From: an uncultured Candidatus Entotheonella sp.
Lineage (GTDB): Bacteria; Tectomicrobia; Entotheonellia; Entotheonellales; Entotheonellaceae
Direction of reading: 5' to 3'
DNA length: 64,000 nt
NCBI GenBank assembly: GCA_965215335.1
Contig: CBDCDA010000002.1
Span: forward strand, 1-64,000
Shown here: one piece after another, positions 1-9,468 of the stretch
Position numbering within the stretch: position 1 is the first letter of the stretch
How the letters are laid out: every line of letters starts with the position of its first letter
The notes under the pieces: generated by a model
Told to the model about the DNA's origin: nothing
Seen by the model: only the letters and a program-made list of their open reading frames with translations
Databases searched by the model: none
Made by a program: the position numbers and the translations under genes

Positions 1-69
1 GTGGAAGACCGGACCATCGAGAACGCCCTGCCGGGCTTCAAGGAAGCGCTCGAAGCCTGCCGGGGCTGA
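1..69 (+). CDS. 3' end of a gene starting before the window (VEDRTIENALPGFKEALEACRG*)
   Basis: Open frame 1 with GC3-biased codons ending in TGA at 67-69; too short to assign a family. Confidence 0.5.
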   Translation: MEDRTIENALPGFKEALEACRG

Positions 70-114
70 GCCGGCGCCTCGGCGCGACCCTGCCCTTCAG
101 CCATGGGGATGCCC

Positions 115-909
115 ATGCTGCTCGCTATCGACGTCAGCAACACCACCATCAAAGCCGGCGTGTTTCGTGGCGACGCCCTGCTGGCCGATTGGCGCTTCGC
201 CACCGAGCGTCAAAAGCTCGCCGACGAGTATGCCATCCTGTTGCTGAGCCTCTTCCGCGCCAGCGACATCGCGGTGGAAGACATTCGTGGCGTGTCGATT
301 TCCTGCGTCGTGCCGCCGCTACGCACGATCTTCGGTCAACTGTCGCGGCAGTATCTGTGCGTCGAGCCGCTGATGGTCGGGCCGCACACCCGCAGCGGCG
401 TGACGTTGTCGGTGGACAACCCCGGCGAGGTCGGCGCCGACCGCGTGGTGAACGCCGCAGCGACGCATCATTTTTATGGCGGCCCAGCCATCGCCATCGC
501 CTTCGGCACCGCCACCGTGTTCGACTGCGTGTCGGCGCGCGGCGAATACCTCGGCGGCGCCATCGCCCCCGGCATGGTGACGGCGCTGGAATCGCTGACC
601 CGCTCGGCAGCGCAGCTGTATCAGGTGGAACTCGTGCGCCCGCCGCGCGCCATCGGCACCAACACCGTGCACACCATGCAATCCGGCCTCATCCTCGGCT
701 ACGCGGCGCTGGTGGAAGGTCTGGTGGCGCGGCTGAAGGCTGAGATGACGCCCGTCGAGGAAGCCCGGCAGGCGGTTAAAATCATCGCCACCGGCGGCCT
801 GGTGGAGGTCATTACACCCGAAACCCGGGTCATCGACGTGGTCGATCCGCTACTCACCCTGAAGGGGCTGCGGTTGATTTACGAGATCAACCAGCCCCAT
901 GAGCCCTGA
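115..909 (+). CDS. coaX: Type III pantothenate kinase
   Basis: MLLAIDVSNT N-terminus, GADR, FGTATVFD, GGAIAPG and IATGG motifs; the ORF track offers an alternative start at 103. Confidence 0.93.
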   Translation: MLLAIDVSNTTIKAGVFRGDALLADWRFATERQKLADEYAILLLSLFRASDIAVEDIRGVSISCVVPPLRTIFGQLSRQYLCVEPLMVGPHTRSGVTLSVDNPGEVGADRVVNAAATHHFYGGPAIAIAFGTATVFDCVSARGEYLGGAIAPGMVTALESLTRSAAQLYQVELVRPPRAIGTNTVHTMQSGLILGYAALVEGLVARLKAEMTPVEEARQAVKIIATGGLVEVITPETRVIDVVDPLLTLKGLRLIYEINQPHEP

Positions 910-2230
910 AAATCGACAACGAATCACGCTGGAGAATCCCGTGCGCGTGCTGCTGATCGCCACCAACCGGCATGACCGGCTGATGAGCCGCCTGAACGCC
1001 AAACCACTGCCGATCGGGCTGGCCTACGTGGCCGGCACCTTTGCCAACTCGCGGCACACCGCCAAATCGCTGGACCTGATGTTCTCCGAGGACGCTTCCG
1101 CTGACGTCGAGCGGGCGGTGCGTGACGTGCAGCCCGATCTGGTAGGCATTTCGCTGCGCAACCTGAGCAACCACAGCTGCCTCGACCCGCAGTGGGCCCT
1201 GCCTGCTTCCAAGGCGGTGATCGATGTGGTACGAGCCCGCGGCAACGCCACGATCGTGTGCGGCGGTCCGGCCTTCAGCATCCTGCCGCAGGCGGTGTTC
1301 GATTACCTGGAACCGGACCTGGGACTGGTCGGCGACGCCGCCGACACCTTCGTGCGCCTTGCCGACAGCCTGGAATCCGGGGCGCCGCACGATCATTTGC
1401 CCGGCCTGGTCTATCGCCGCGATGGGCGCGTCGTCGTGAATCCGGTCGGCAACAGCGCCGCCTTCAACCACCCGCCCCGCCTGGACGACCTGGACATTCC
1501 CAAATACGCGCGGGCCGGCTTCGGCATGGGCGTGGTGACCAAGCTCAGCAGCTTCGCCTACCCAACCGCCGCCGATGACCGCGTGCCGCAGGAGACGTGG
1601 CGCGTCATCCGTCCCATCGACGAGGTGCTGACCGAGATCCGAGAGCTGGAAGCCCGTCACGGCCTGCGCAAGGTGTTCTTCATCGACAACGCCTTCAACG
1701 TGCCACTGCCGCACGCCAAGGACCTGTGTCGCGCCCTGATCGCCGCCGCCACGAAGGTGCACTGGAACACTTGCCTGGCGCCGTTTGGCTGCGACGCCGA
1801 ACTGGTCCGGCTCATGAACCAGGCCGGGTGCGTCCTCGTTCTCATGGGCGCTCTGCCCACCGCGCCGCTGGCGGCGGGGAATCTGGCCGAACGCCTGCAA
1901 CCGGCGCTCGCAACCTGCCGCCTGTGCGAGCGGCACGGCCTGAATTACACCCTTTCCGTCACCTTCGGCGAGCCCGACGAGACACGGCAAACGGTCGCCG
2001 CCAAGCTCGATTTCCTGCGCCGCGTCAAACCCTCCCTGGCCAACCTGCGCGTCGGCGTCAGTATCCTGCCCGGCACCGCCGTGGCCGCCCGCGCCCTGGG
2101 TGAAGGGCTGATCACCGACGAGGCCGAGCTCGTCAAGCCCACCTTCTACCTTGCCCCTGCCGTGCGCGACTGGATCGTCGACACCCTGCTGGTGGAAAAG
2201 GCCTCGAACCGCCGTTGGAACGTGCTGTAA
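899..2230 (+). CDS. Cobalamin-binding domain / radical SAM-like protein lacking the CxxxCxxC motif
   Basis: PIGLAYVAG, PDLVGISLRN, VCGGPAFS B12-binding domain; FFIDNAFNVP and FGEPDET radical SAM core motifs; no CxxxCxxC anywhere in the protein. Confidence 0.8.
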   Translation: MSPENRQRITLENPVRVLLIATNRHDRLMSRLNAKPLPIGLAYVAGTFANSRHTAKSLDLMFSEDASADVERAVRDVQPDLVGISLRNLSNHSCLDPQWALPASKAVIDVVRARGNATIVCGGPAFSILPQAVFDYLEPDLGLVGDAADTFVRLADSLESGAPHDHLPGLVYRRDGRVVVNPVGNSAAFNHPPRLDDLDIPKYARAGFGMGVVTKLSSFAYPTAADDRVPQETWRVIRPIDEVLTEIRELEARHGLRKVFFIDNAFNVPLPHAKDLCRALIAAATKVHWNTCLAPFGCDAELVRLMNQAGCVLVLMGALPTAPLAAGNLAERLQPALATCRLCERHGLNYTLSVTFGEPDETRQTVAAKLDFLRRVKPSLANLRVGVSILPGTAVAARALGEGLITDEAELVKPTFYLAPAVRDWIVDTLLVEKASNRRWNVL

Positions 2231-2262
2231 GGCGGGGTTGGAGCATTCCGCAGCCGAAACCC

Positions 2263-2291
2263 TTGCCTGACCCTGGCAATTCTGATATAAG
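2263..2291 (+). promoter_or_regulatory. Possible sigma70 promoter for the moxR module
   Basis: TTGCCT-17 nt-TATAAG upstream of moxR. Confidence 0.35.
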
Positions 2292-2325
2292 GAGAAACTA
2301 GTCCCTATATTTCCACGCTGGAGAA

Positions 2326-3495
2326 TTGGAGGAAGAACCCGACATCATGGAGGTCCTGAGCGCCCGTGCTGCGGAGCGGAAAACGTATCGAAAAAAACTG
2401 ACGGCGCTAGACCGGGAGATCCGGCAGGTGATGGTCGGCTACGACCGGCTGGTACGGCGGCTGCTCTACGGCCTCTTTTCCGACGGCCAGAAAAGTCTGG
2501 GACGCACCACTTGCGCCCACCTGTTGTTACTGGCTTACCCCGGCCTCGGCAAATCCACCGCCGGCGAAACCGTCGCCCAACTCATCGGCGGCGTCTTCCG
2601 CAGAATTCAGCTGGTGGCCGACATGCTGCCCGCCGACATCCTCGGCGCCCCGGTACTCGAAAGCCAGAACGGCAAGAAAGAATTCACCTTCCTGCGTGGC
2701 CCCATCTTTTCCAACAGCGTCCTCCTCGACGAAATCAACCGTACACCGCCGCGCACCCTCAGCGCCGCCCTGCAAGCCATGGCGGAAGGCAAGGTCGACG
2801 TCGGCCACGAGCGGTTCTACATCGACGAGCCCTTTTTTGTCATCGCCACCCAGAACCCGCTCGAACAGGAGGGCACCTACCCGCTTCCCGAGGCCCTCCT
2901 CGACCGCTTCGCCATGCGCGTCACCCTGGATTATCTCTCCGAAGCTGAAGAAATGGCCCTGTCCGAGCGCGAGGCCGTGTTCGCCGGCCTGTCGCTCAAG
3001 CCGGTCATGAGCCGCGACGAGGTCGTCGCGGCACGGGCCTTCATCCGCTCCAACGTGTACGTTGACCGCGCCTGCCGGGCTTACGCGGTGCGGTTGGTGC
3101 ACGCCACACGGCCGCCAACCGACGACCCCAACGGCTCGCTGCACCGGCGGTGCTTGGCGGACCTTTATATCGGCGACCGCTCGCCGGTTCTGGTCGGCTG
3201 CTCGCCGCGCACCCACCTCGTCCTCGTCAATCTCGCCAAAACACGGGCCTTCCTCAAAGGCCGCGACGAGGTGCGGTACGAGGACATCCAGGACCTGGCA
3301 TTCGACGTGTTCAATCACCGTCTGGTTCTGGACGGCACCTTGCTGGCGCAGCGGGCCAGCCGCCCCATGGCGTTTCTGAACGACCACCTGATCGCGCAGG
3401 GCGAACGCGCCTTCGACTTGCGTGACGACGTCGGCTTCCTGCGCCAAGTGGTGCGCCGCATTCTGCGTGGCGTTCCCACCGAGGTGGCTGATTAA
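2326..3495 (+). CDS. MoxR-family AAA+ ATPase
   Basis: Walker A variant AYPGLGKST, RIQxxADMLPADI, LLDEINR, ATQNPLEQEGTYPLPEALLDRF; alternative ATG start at 2347. Confidence 0.93.
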   Translation: MEEEPDIMEVLSARAAERKTYRKKLTALDREIRQVMVGYDRLVRRLLYGLFSDGQKSLGRTTCAHLLLLAYPGLGKSTAGETVAQLIGGVFRRIQLVADMLPADILGAPVLESQNGKKEFTFLRGPIFSNSVLLDEINRTPPRTLSAALQAMAEGKVDVGHERFYIDEPFFVIATQNPLEQEGTYPLPEALLDRFAMRVTLDYLSEAEEMALSEREAVFAGLSLKPVMSRDEVVAARAFIRSNVYVDRACRAYAVRLVHATRPPTDDPNGSLHRRCLADLYIGDRSPVLVGCSPRTHLVLVNLAKTRAFLKGRDEVRYEDIQDLAFDVFNHRLVLDGTLLAQRASRPMAFLNDHLIAQGERAFDLRDDVGFLRQVVRRILRGVPTEVAD

Positions 3496-3499
3496 GGCC

Positions 3500-3561
3500 G
3501 CGGCAGCCACAGCGAGCGGAGCCGAGCGTAGATATGCAGACAGCGCGAGCGACAACGAGCG
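3500..3561. repeat. Copy 1 of a ~62-bp GCGAGCG-rich dispersed repeat
   Basis: Ungapped hand alignment with 6673-6734 gives 43/62 identity (29/37 in the first part). Confidence 0.6.
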
Positions 3562-3642
3562 ATATGGGCGACATGCAGGTCCCCCGATGTTTGTGTTGTA
3601 CGCGGAGCTTGGTGAGTCCAGACTTTTTTGCTGACAGTGCGA

Positions 3643-4060
3643 ATGGAGGAGGAGTTCTCAGAACTCAAAGCTACTCGTCCAGACCTTGAGATTGTTTTCC
3701 GCGAGTGTATGGATTGGTTCAGGCCTCAAGCAGATGGAACTGTTGAGATTTTCAATGAGATTCGCAAGAAGAACGTCCAATACGGCTAATACGGCGCTTC
3801 AGCATAGTCGCGGGAGTTGCCACCGATTGCAGGCAGCCTATGGTCTAGCAGGCCAGCATCACTTCATGATGCTGCGCAAGCATGTGCTAGAACGCTTGGG
3901 TGAAGCCTTGGGCAACGAAATTGTGGAAGGCTTGTTTTCGGCTTATCGAGAAAACTGGAATAAGGCTATCGAAAGAAGCGAGAACCCCATGACATTCGGG
4001 ATTGCAACAGCACTTTACGACTTTTTAGAGCTGCCGCGTGTAGATCGAGGATCAAAGTAG
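3643..4060 (+). pseudogene. Fragmented lower-GC gene relic of unknown function
   Basis: Protein-like pieces in different frames (3643-3789 MEEEFSELKATRPDLEIVF...; ...MMLRKHVLERLGEALG... ending 4060); 28/60 G+C counted at 3661-3720, well below the flanking genes. Confidence 0.45.
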
Positions 4061-4221
4061 GGAATTTCAAAGTCCCCTCGTTCTGCTGGTTCTTGGAGAC
4101 ATCGTGCTTTCTCGGGTTGGTTTTACGAAGTTCGCTCTCGAAAACTACGAGATAGAGGGCTAGATGATCTGTGCCCTAGCCCATCTATACCCTGTCCACA
4201 CGCAATTTCTCGTCACATCAT

Positions 4222-5118
4222 ATGGATTTCGGTACTTGGTACGCCCACGCAACCCGCCGGGCCGACCTGCATCTCAGGGAACGGGTGCAGACCATCATGC
4301 AGGGCATGCATGCCAGCACCTTCCGCGGCCGCGGCGAGGATTTCGAGTTTTTCCAACCGCATGCTCTCGGCGAGGACACCGCCCACATCGATTGGAAAGC
4401 CAGCGAGCGCCTGGAAGACGGCCTATTGGTGCGCCGCCTGCGCGAAGAGCGCGTGCTTGAAGTGTGGATCGCCGCCGACCTCAGCGCCTCGATCTTCACC
4501 GGCTTTTCGGCCGAGGGCTGCAAGCAACGGCTCCTCCTGGACCTCATCGCCATCGTCGGGCGCTCGGTGATCGGCCAGCAGGACCTCCTGGGGTTCGTCG
4601 GCTTCGACCGCAACGTCCGCACCGTGCTGCAGCCGTTTCGCTCGGAAAAGACCTTCGTCAACCTGCTGAAGATGATCTGGGAACACCAACCCGAAAGCGG
4701 CGCCACCACCGCGTTGTTGCCGGCCCTGCGGTACTTCGAAACCCGGGAGGGCGCCTCGCGGCAGAAGAAAAGGCGCCTGCTGCTGCTCCTGTCCGATTTC
4801 GAAACCGAGGACGACTGGCTGCCGGTCGCGCAGCGCATCCGCGCCATACACCCGTTGCTGCCCATCGTGCTGGAAGAAGCCGTGCCGGAACACCTGCCGA
4901 CCTCGGCCGGCCTGCTGACCTGCCGCGATGTCGAGAGCGGGCAGTTGCAGACGGTTGACGCGCGCGCCTGGATGCGGCTGTTGCAAGAGGAAAGGCAGGA
5001 ACGGCGCGATCACTATCTGGCGGCGTTCGAGGCCTCGGGCCTGGAAGCGCTGTTCATATCGCGGCAAGCCTTCGATGTAGACGCCATCATTGAATACCTC
5101 GAAGCGCAACGTCCGTAA
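4222..5118 (+). CDS. DUF58 family protein (MoxR partner)
   Basis: GMHASTFRGRGEDF, IDWKASER, DLSAS, LLSDF motifs; lies downstream of moxR. Confidence 0.9.
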   Translation: MDFGTWYAHATRRADLHLRERVQTIMQGMHASTFRGRGEDFEFFQPHALGEDTAHIDWKASERLEDGLLVRRLREERVLEVWIAADLSASIFTGFSAEGCKQRLLLDLIAIVGRSVIGQQDLLGFVGFDRNVRTVLQPFRSEKTFVNLLKMIWEHQPESGATTALLPALRYFETREGASRQKKRRLLLLLSDFETEDDWLPVAQRIRAIHPLLPIVLEEAVPEHLPTSAGLLTCRDVESGQLQTVDARAWMRLLQEERQERRDHYLAAFEASGLEALFISRQAFDVDAIIEYLEAQRP

Positions 5119-5169
5119 TCGTCGGCTGGGCAACGCAGGTCATCACGGGACGGAAAGAAAGGACCTTTC

Positions 5170-7020
5170 TTGACTCCAAGACAGTCTCCATCAAGACAAT
5201 CGGCCGGACGCCACGCTCTGCTCGCCTTTGCCGGCCTCATGCTGGCAGTTAGTGCCGGCTTCGCACCACCCGCCTGGTCACAGGACGTCATTTACGAACG
5301 CCCCGAAGAGGACCGGCTGTACTACCAACCCGAGCATTTCGTGCGTTACCGAATGGGCGACGCGGGCCTGCAGCGCGAGGACCTGCTGCCCCTGCTGTCG
5401 CGCCAGCACGCCGTCATCGTGGTGGAAAAGCCGGACGACTACCGCGAGCGCCTGGTGCGGGAACTGCTGCAACATCCGTCGGAGGGCCTGCCACCGGTCG
5501 CCGCCTTCCGCGACCTGCCCGCGCCAAAAACCGCTGAAACCTTCGCGATCGGTTACATCCAGGACGCGCTGGCCGCGCGCCGCCTGAAGGCCGGGAAGGA
5601 TTTCGCCATTTTCCTCGTCACCTTCGCTCAGCGCCTGCGCCTGGGCGTTTTCCTGCAAGCCCTGCAAGTGCTGGCCGATCGCTCGGAGGTGGATTACGCG
5701 CTGCCGGCGTTTTTCTTCCCGGACAAGATGGCTGCGCCGTTCCCACTCTTCGAGGTGGAATTTCTGGCGCCGCAACTCATCCCCGGCAACATCAACCGCC
5801 TCGTGTCGCTGAACCGCGCCAACCATGTGCAACCGGTGCGGGATGACTCCAACGATGAACCTGATTTTGCACAGCCCGTGGTCTTGCAACTCAGCAAGAA
5901 AGCACCCAGCAACATCCTGGCCACGGTGCTGCGCTACCAGCAGATGCCCGGCATCGTCAAGTGGGCACAATTGCGCTGGCTGCGGTTGCGCATGCCGGTC
6001 GAGGTACGGGCACGCTGGGAACTGCCCGCCGGCATCAACTCGTTCGGCATCTGGGAACCGGTGCGCTACAAGCTGGCCATCGAGCGCGACCAGGACGTCG
6101 ATCTGCTACCCAAAGCCTTCACCAGGGGGGCCGTGCGCGCCTGGCTGTCGGACAACACCAGGCTGCCGGACGAACTCATCCAGGTGGACGACATCGAGCG
6201 GCAAACCCGCAACCTCGGTGACGGCCGCGCCCTGGACGACGTATCATTGACCTTCCGGTTATCCAAAACCGGCATCTATGTGTTCTCCCCATATCCCATC
6301 CAGGCCGCCTACACAGGCCTCAACGACCAGCGCCGCATCGAGGTGTTCAACGCCAAGGCGGCGAACTTCCTCAGCATCCCCGGCCACCTGCCGCGGCAGG
6401 TCGGTCAAATGCCCGGGCAACTGTTGCCCGTCGCGGCTCTGCGGACCCCGGCCTGGATCAGCCCAACCAGTCTGGCGCTGGGTGGTTTGTGTATCGTCGT
6501 CGGGCTCATCGGCGCCTTGCGCGTCTCGAACCGCACCTGGAGCCTTCGTCGTGGTACCCCTACCGACGACGCCGAGGCGCACGAGCAGACATTGGCGGCC
6601 CTGCAGCAGCGCTACCGCGAGCGACTCGGCGACCTGACGCGGCAGGCGGCATTGCTGTTCCTGCAAGGGCACGCGGACGCCACGGCGAACGAAGCTGAGC
6701 GTATAAATGAGATGCAAGCGAGCGCTAGCGAGCGTGCCTGGCTGCGGGCACTCAGCGTGTTCCTGAAACAGCTTCTCGGCGAGTGCTGCTACGCGGACGA
6801 GAACAGGCTGCTCGGCGGCCTGGGCACGTCGAGCACAACGGTCCGGCGCTACCTGCTGGCTACCTCGGTCGACCCGGACGCGTCGCCGGTGGCGGACGCG
6901 CTGGATATGTTGCAGGCCATCGAGGGCCAGGCGCTGAACCAAGACCTGTCGCTCGCCCAAGCCACCGTCGATGATCTGCTGAGCCGCGCCACGCGTCTCG
7001 CCGAAGCCCTCTGCAAATAG
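5170..7020 (+). CDS. Hypothetical exported, membrane-anchored protein (BatD/MxaA-position gene)
   Basis: N-terminal signal-like stretch (LLAFAGLMLAVSAGFAPPAWSQ), one TM helix (LALGGLCIVVGLIGAL); sits between DUF58 and VWA genes. Confidence 0.7.
   Translation: MTPRQSPSRQSAGRHALLAFAGLMLAVSAGFAPPAWSQDVIYERPEEDRLYYQPEHFVRYRMGDAGLQREDLLPLLSRQHAVIVVEKPDDYRERLVRELLQHPSEGLPPVAAFRDLPAPKTAETFAIGYIQDALAARRLKAGKDFAIFLVTFAQRLRLGVFLQALQVLADRSEVDYALPAFFFPDKMAAPFPLFEVEFLAPQLIPGNINRLVSLNRANHVQPVRDDSNDEPDFAQPVVLQLSKKAPSNILATVLRYQQMPGIVKWAQLRWLRLRMPVEVRARWELPAGINSFGIWEPVRYKLAIERDQDVDLLPKAFTRGAVRAWLSDNTRLPDELIQVDDIERQTRNLGDGRALDDVSLTFRLSKTGIYVFSPYPIQAAYTGLNDQRRIEVFNAKAANFLSIPGHLPRQVGQMPGQLLPVAALRTPAWISPTSLALGGLCIVVGLIGALRVSNRTWSLRRGTPTDDAEAHEQTLAALQQRYRERLGDLTRQAALLFLQGHADATANEAERINEMQASASERAWLRALSVFLKQLLGECCYADENRLLGGLGTSSTTVRRYLLATSVDPDASPVADALDMLQAIEGQALNQDLSLAQATVDDLLSRATRLAEALCK
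6673..6734. repeat. Copy 2 of the ~62-bp dispersed repeat, in frame inside the 5170-7020 CDS
   Basis: Similar to 3500-3561; encodes ADATANEAERINEMQASASER. Confidence 0.6.
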
Positions 7021-7023
7021 TCC

Positions 7024-8160
7024 ATGCTGCAATTCGAGCACCCCGCCGTTTTCCTGCTCGCCCTCCCCCTCATCGGACTCGCTTGGTGGCCGCGCCGCCG
7101 CCCGCTGCCATATCTGGCGGTGAGCGCGCCGGCGGCGGTTCGCGCGCGCGCCGGGGCGGTGGCCGCGCCGCGCCGCCTCACTCGCCTGCCGTTGTACGGC
7201 CTGTACGGCTTTCTCGCCATCCTGCTCGTCGTCATGTCCGAGCCTTACCTCGGTACCGTGGAAACGCACGAGGTGGAAGAGGCGCGCAGCATCCTCGTCC
7301 TCCTCGACACCTCCGCCAGCATGATCCAGACCGGGCTGCTGAAGCGCGTGGTGACGGGCTTCCTGGTGCCGTTTATCGCCGAGCGGCCCAAGAGCGATCG
7401 CCTGGCGGTGGCGCGTTTCGATTCCGACGCCAGCGGCGGCATCTTCACCCGCAACCACGACGGCGTGATCATGGAAATCACCCGGCGTAGCGTCGTGCAG
7501 CAGTTTGACGTGACGCAGGACCTCGCCATGCTGGGCACCAAGGGCACCCAGCTCGGCGTCGGCCTGTTCAAGGCCCTGGCCAGTTTTGTCGAGGATGAAG
7601 TGGAACGACGGGTGGCGGAGGCGCGCCTCGACATGCCGGCGCAGGACGGTATCTACCGCCAGTTACAGGATGTTCTGGGCCACTTTCTGGGGCATTTCCA
7701 TAACAAGAGCAAGAACGAGTTCCAACTGGAAATCCCGCTCGTGGGCACCCTGGCCGACATCGGCGTCGGCAAGTCGATGATCGTTGTCACCGACGGCCAA
7801 CTCCTGGAATCCGGTTCCGAGGCGACCCGCGTGGACTACCTGAAAATCCTGGACTACTACGAGCAACTGGGCTTCCGGCACCTCTACTTCGTCAGCCTGA
7901 AATCCCACCCGGCGCAGCTGAACCCCCTGCTCGGACGCAACCCGAGCTGGCGGGCCTACACCTGGGACCAGACCCGCGCCGGCCTGCGCAGCATTTTTGC
8001 CCAGATTGCCCGGGACATCGACACCACGGCACGCGGCCGAAGCGTCGTCGCCACCGAGGTGAACAAGCAGCCGGTAGCACACTGGTTTCTGCCCGGCCTG
8101 CTGCTCCTGCCGCTGAGCGTCGGGCTGCGACTGCACCGGCGTATCCGGCGCTTCCCGTAG
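7024..8160 (+). CDS. VWA domain membrane protein (BatA/MxaC-like)
   Basis: BatA-type N-terminus MLQFEHPAVFLLALP, MIDAS DTSAS...T...TDG, C-terminal TM helix. Confidence 0.85.
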   Translation: MLQFEHPAVFLLALPLIGLAWWPRRRPLPYLAVSAPAAVRARAGAVAAPRRLTRLPLYGLYGFLAILLVVMSEPYLGTVETHEVEEARSILVLLDTSASMIQTGLLKRVVTGFLVPFIAERPKSDRLAVARFDSDASGGIFTRNHDGVIMEITRRSVVQQFDVTQDLAMLGTKGTQLGVGLFKALASFVEDEVERRVAEARLDMPAQDGIYRQLQDVLGHFLGHFHNKSKNEFQLEIPLVGTLADIGVGKSMIVVTDGQLLESGSEATRVDYLKILDYYEQLGFRHLYFVSLKSHPAQLNPLLGRNPSWRAYTWDQTRAGLRSIFAQIARDIDTTARGRSVVATEVNKQPVAHWFLPGLLLLPLSVGLRLHRRIRRFP

Positions 8161-8325
8161 TGGAGAACTGTCGCGTGGAGGATTCGGGCGCAGAACCGTT
8201 GCATCGAGTTGGTGGCTGCGGGCATGCCACGAATGCCTTGAGGTTAATGCGCGGAATGGCTTACGATCACGTATTCATACCCGTTGGCCGTGGGGTCGAG
8301 TGCCCGGGTTGCGAAAGAGGTGATC

Positions 8326-8658
8326 ATGGTTACCCTCCTGTTCGATACCCATGCCTTCGTTCAGCGCCTGAAATCCTCGGGTTTTGGCGAACCCCAGGCC
8401 GAGACGCTGTCCAATGCGCTCAAGGAAAGCATATGACACCGCCTGGCACGAGATTGCCACCAAGCACGACATCGCCGAACTCAACACGAAGATCAATTCG
8501 CTTGCCGAGGCCCTCAAGCATGACTCGCAAGCCGGCGTTGAGAATGGACAACAAGATTGAAGCGCTGCGGGGGGATCAATCTGCTCAAATGGACGGGGCG
8601 GGCTCGTCTTGGCGGGCTTGGTGTCTCTCACTCTGAAGGCATTTTCCTGCCCGGATAG
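8326..8658 (+). pseudogene. DUF1640/CCDC90-like coiled-coil protein, multiply frameshifted
   Basis: MVTLLFDTHAFVQRLKSSGFGEPQAETL then TGA at 8434; continues in shifted frames as EIATKHDIAEL... and INLLKW...GLVSLTLKAF; RBS GAGG upstream. Confidence 0.75.
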
Positions 8659-8695
8659 TCGCTTGTGCAATCTGTCATGGAGAAGGAGAATCAGA

Positions 8696-9463
8696 ATGGC
8701 CGTTGACGAGGCAATCGAAATCAAATGGCGGGGTTTGCAGCGGGGCGATCATGCGCCGGTGGCGCTGCAGGGCAAGCTGTCGTTGCGTGACGCTTACCAG
8801 GTCCAACTGGGGATCTTGGAGCATTACAAGGCCGAGGGCGAAACACAGGCGGGCTGGAAGATCGGACTGACGGCCGACGCCATCCGGCAGATCTACGCCA
8901 CCGCCGATCCAGCTTTCGGCTTCCTGCTGGAAAGCAACGCCTACGCCAGCGGCCACCGCTTCAACTACGCCGACACGGTCAACCCGGCCATCGAATCCGA
9001 GCTTTGTTTCACCCTCGGCGAAACGCTGCGTGGCCCCGGCGTGACCCGCGATCAGGCGCTCAACGCGGTCAGTTCGGTGGCGCCGTCGTTCGAGATCGTG
9101 TCGCTGCAAGTCAAAATGGCGGAGGATTTGCCCCTGGGCATCGCCGACAATGTCAGCCAATGGGGTTACGTGACCCATACAGCGGTGGCGCCGTACCCGA
9201 AGGACCTGGTGCTGGGGGACGTCACCGCCGAGGTCAAGACGGATGGCAGCGTCATCGCCACCCTACTCGGCGCCGACGTGATTGACGATCAACTCCAATC
9301 CCTGGCCTGGCTCGCCAACCAACTTGCCAGCTTCGGCAGGGCGCTGGAGGCCGGCCATCGTGTCATCACCGGATCGTTCACCAAGCCGCTACCCATCAAG
9401 CAAGGCGAAAGCTGGGAAACGCACTTCTCCTCGGTCGGTACCGTTTCGGCGACGTTCGCTTAG
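8696..9463 (+). CDS. 2-keto-4-pentenoate hydratase-like (fumarylacetoacetate hydrolase superfamily)
   Basis: DAYQVQ, GWKIGLT, IESELCF, IADN, WLAN, VITGS motifs; RBS AAGGAG. Confidence 0.88.
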   Translation: MAVDEAIEIKWRGLQRGDHAPVALQGKLSLRDAYQVQLGILEHYKAEGETQAGWKIGLTADAIRQIYATADPAFGFLLESNAYASGHRFNYADTVNPAIESELCFTLGETLRGPGVTRDQALNAVSSVAPSFEIVSLQVKMAEDLPLGIADNVSQWGYVTHTAVAPYPKDLVLGDVTAEVKTDGSVIATLLGADVIDDQLQSLAWLANQLASFGRALEAGHRVITGSFTKPLPIKQGESWETHFSSVGTVSATFA

Positions 9464-9468
9464 GGTCC

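Noticed and set aside
2326..3495. Calling the MoxR gene mxaR (methanol dehydrogenase maturation)
   Set aside because: No methanol dehydrogenase in the window and the motifs fit generic MoxR; kept only as a hypothesis
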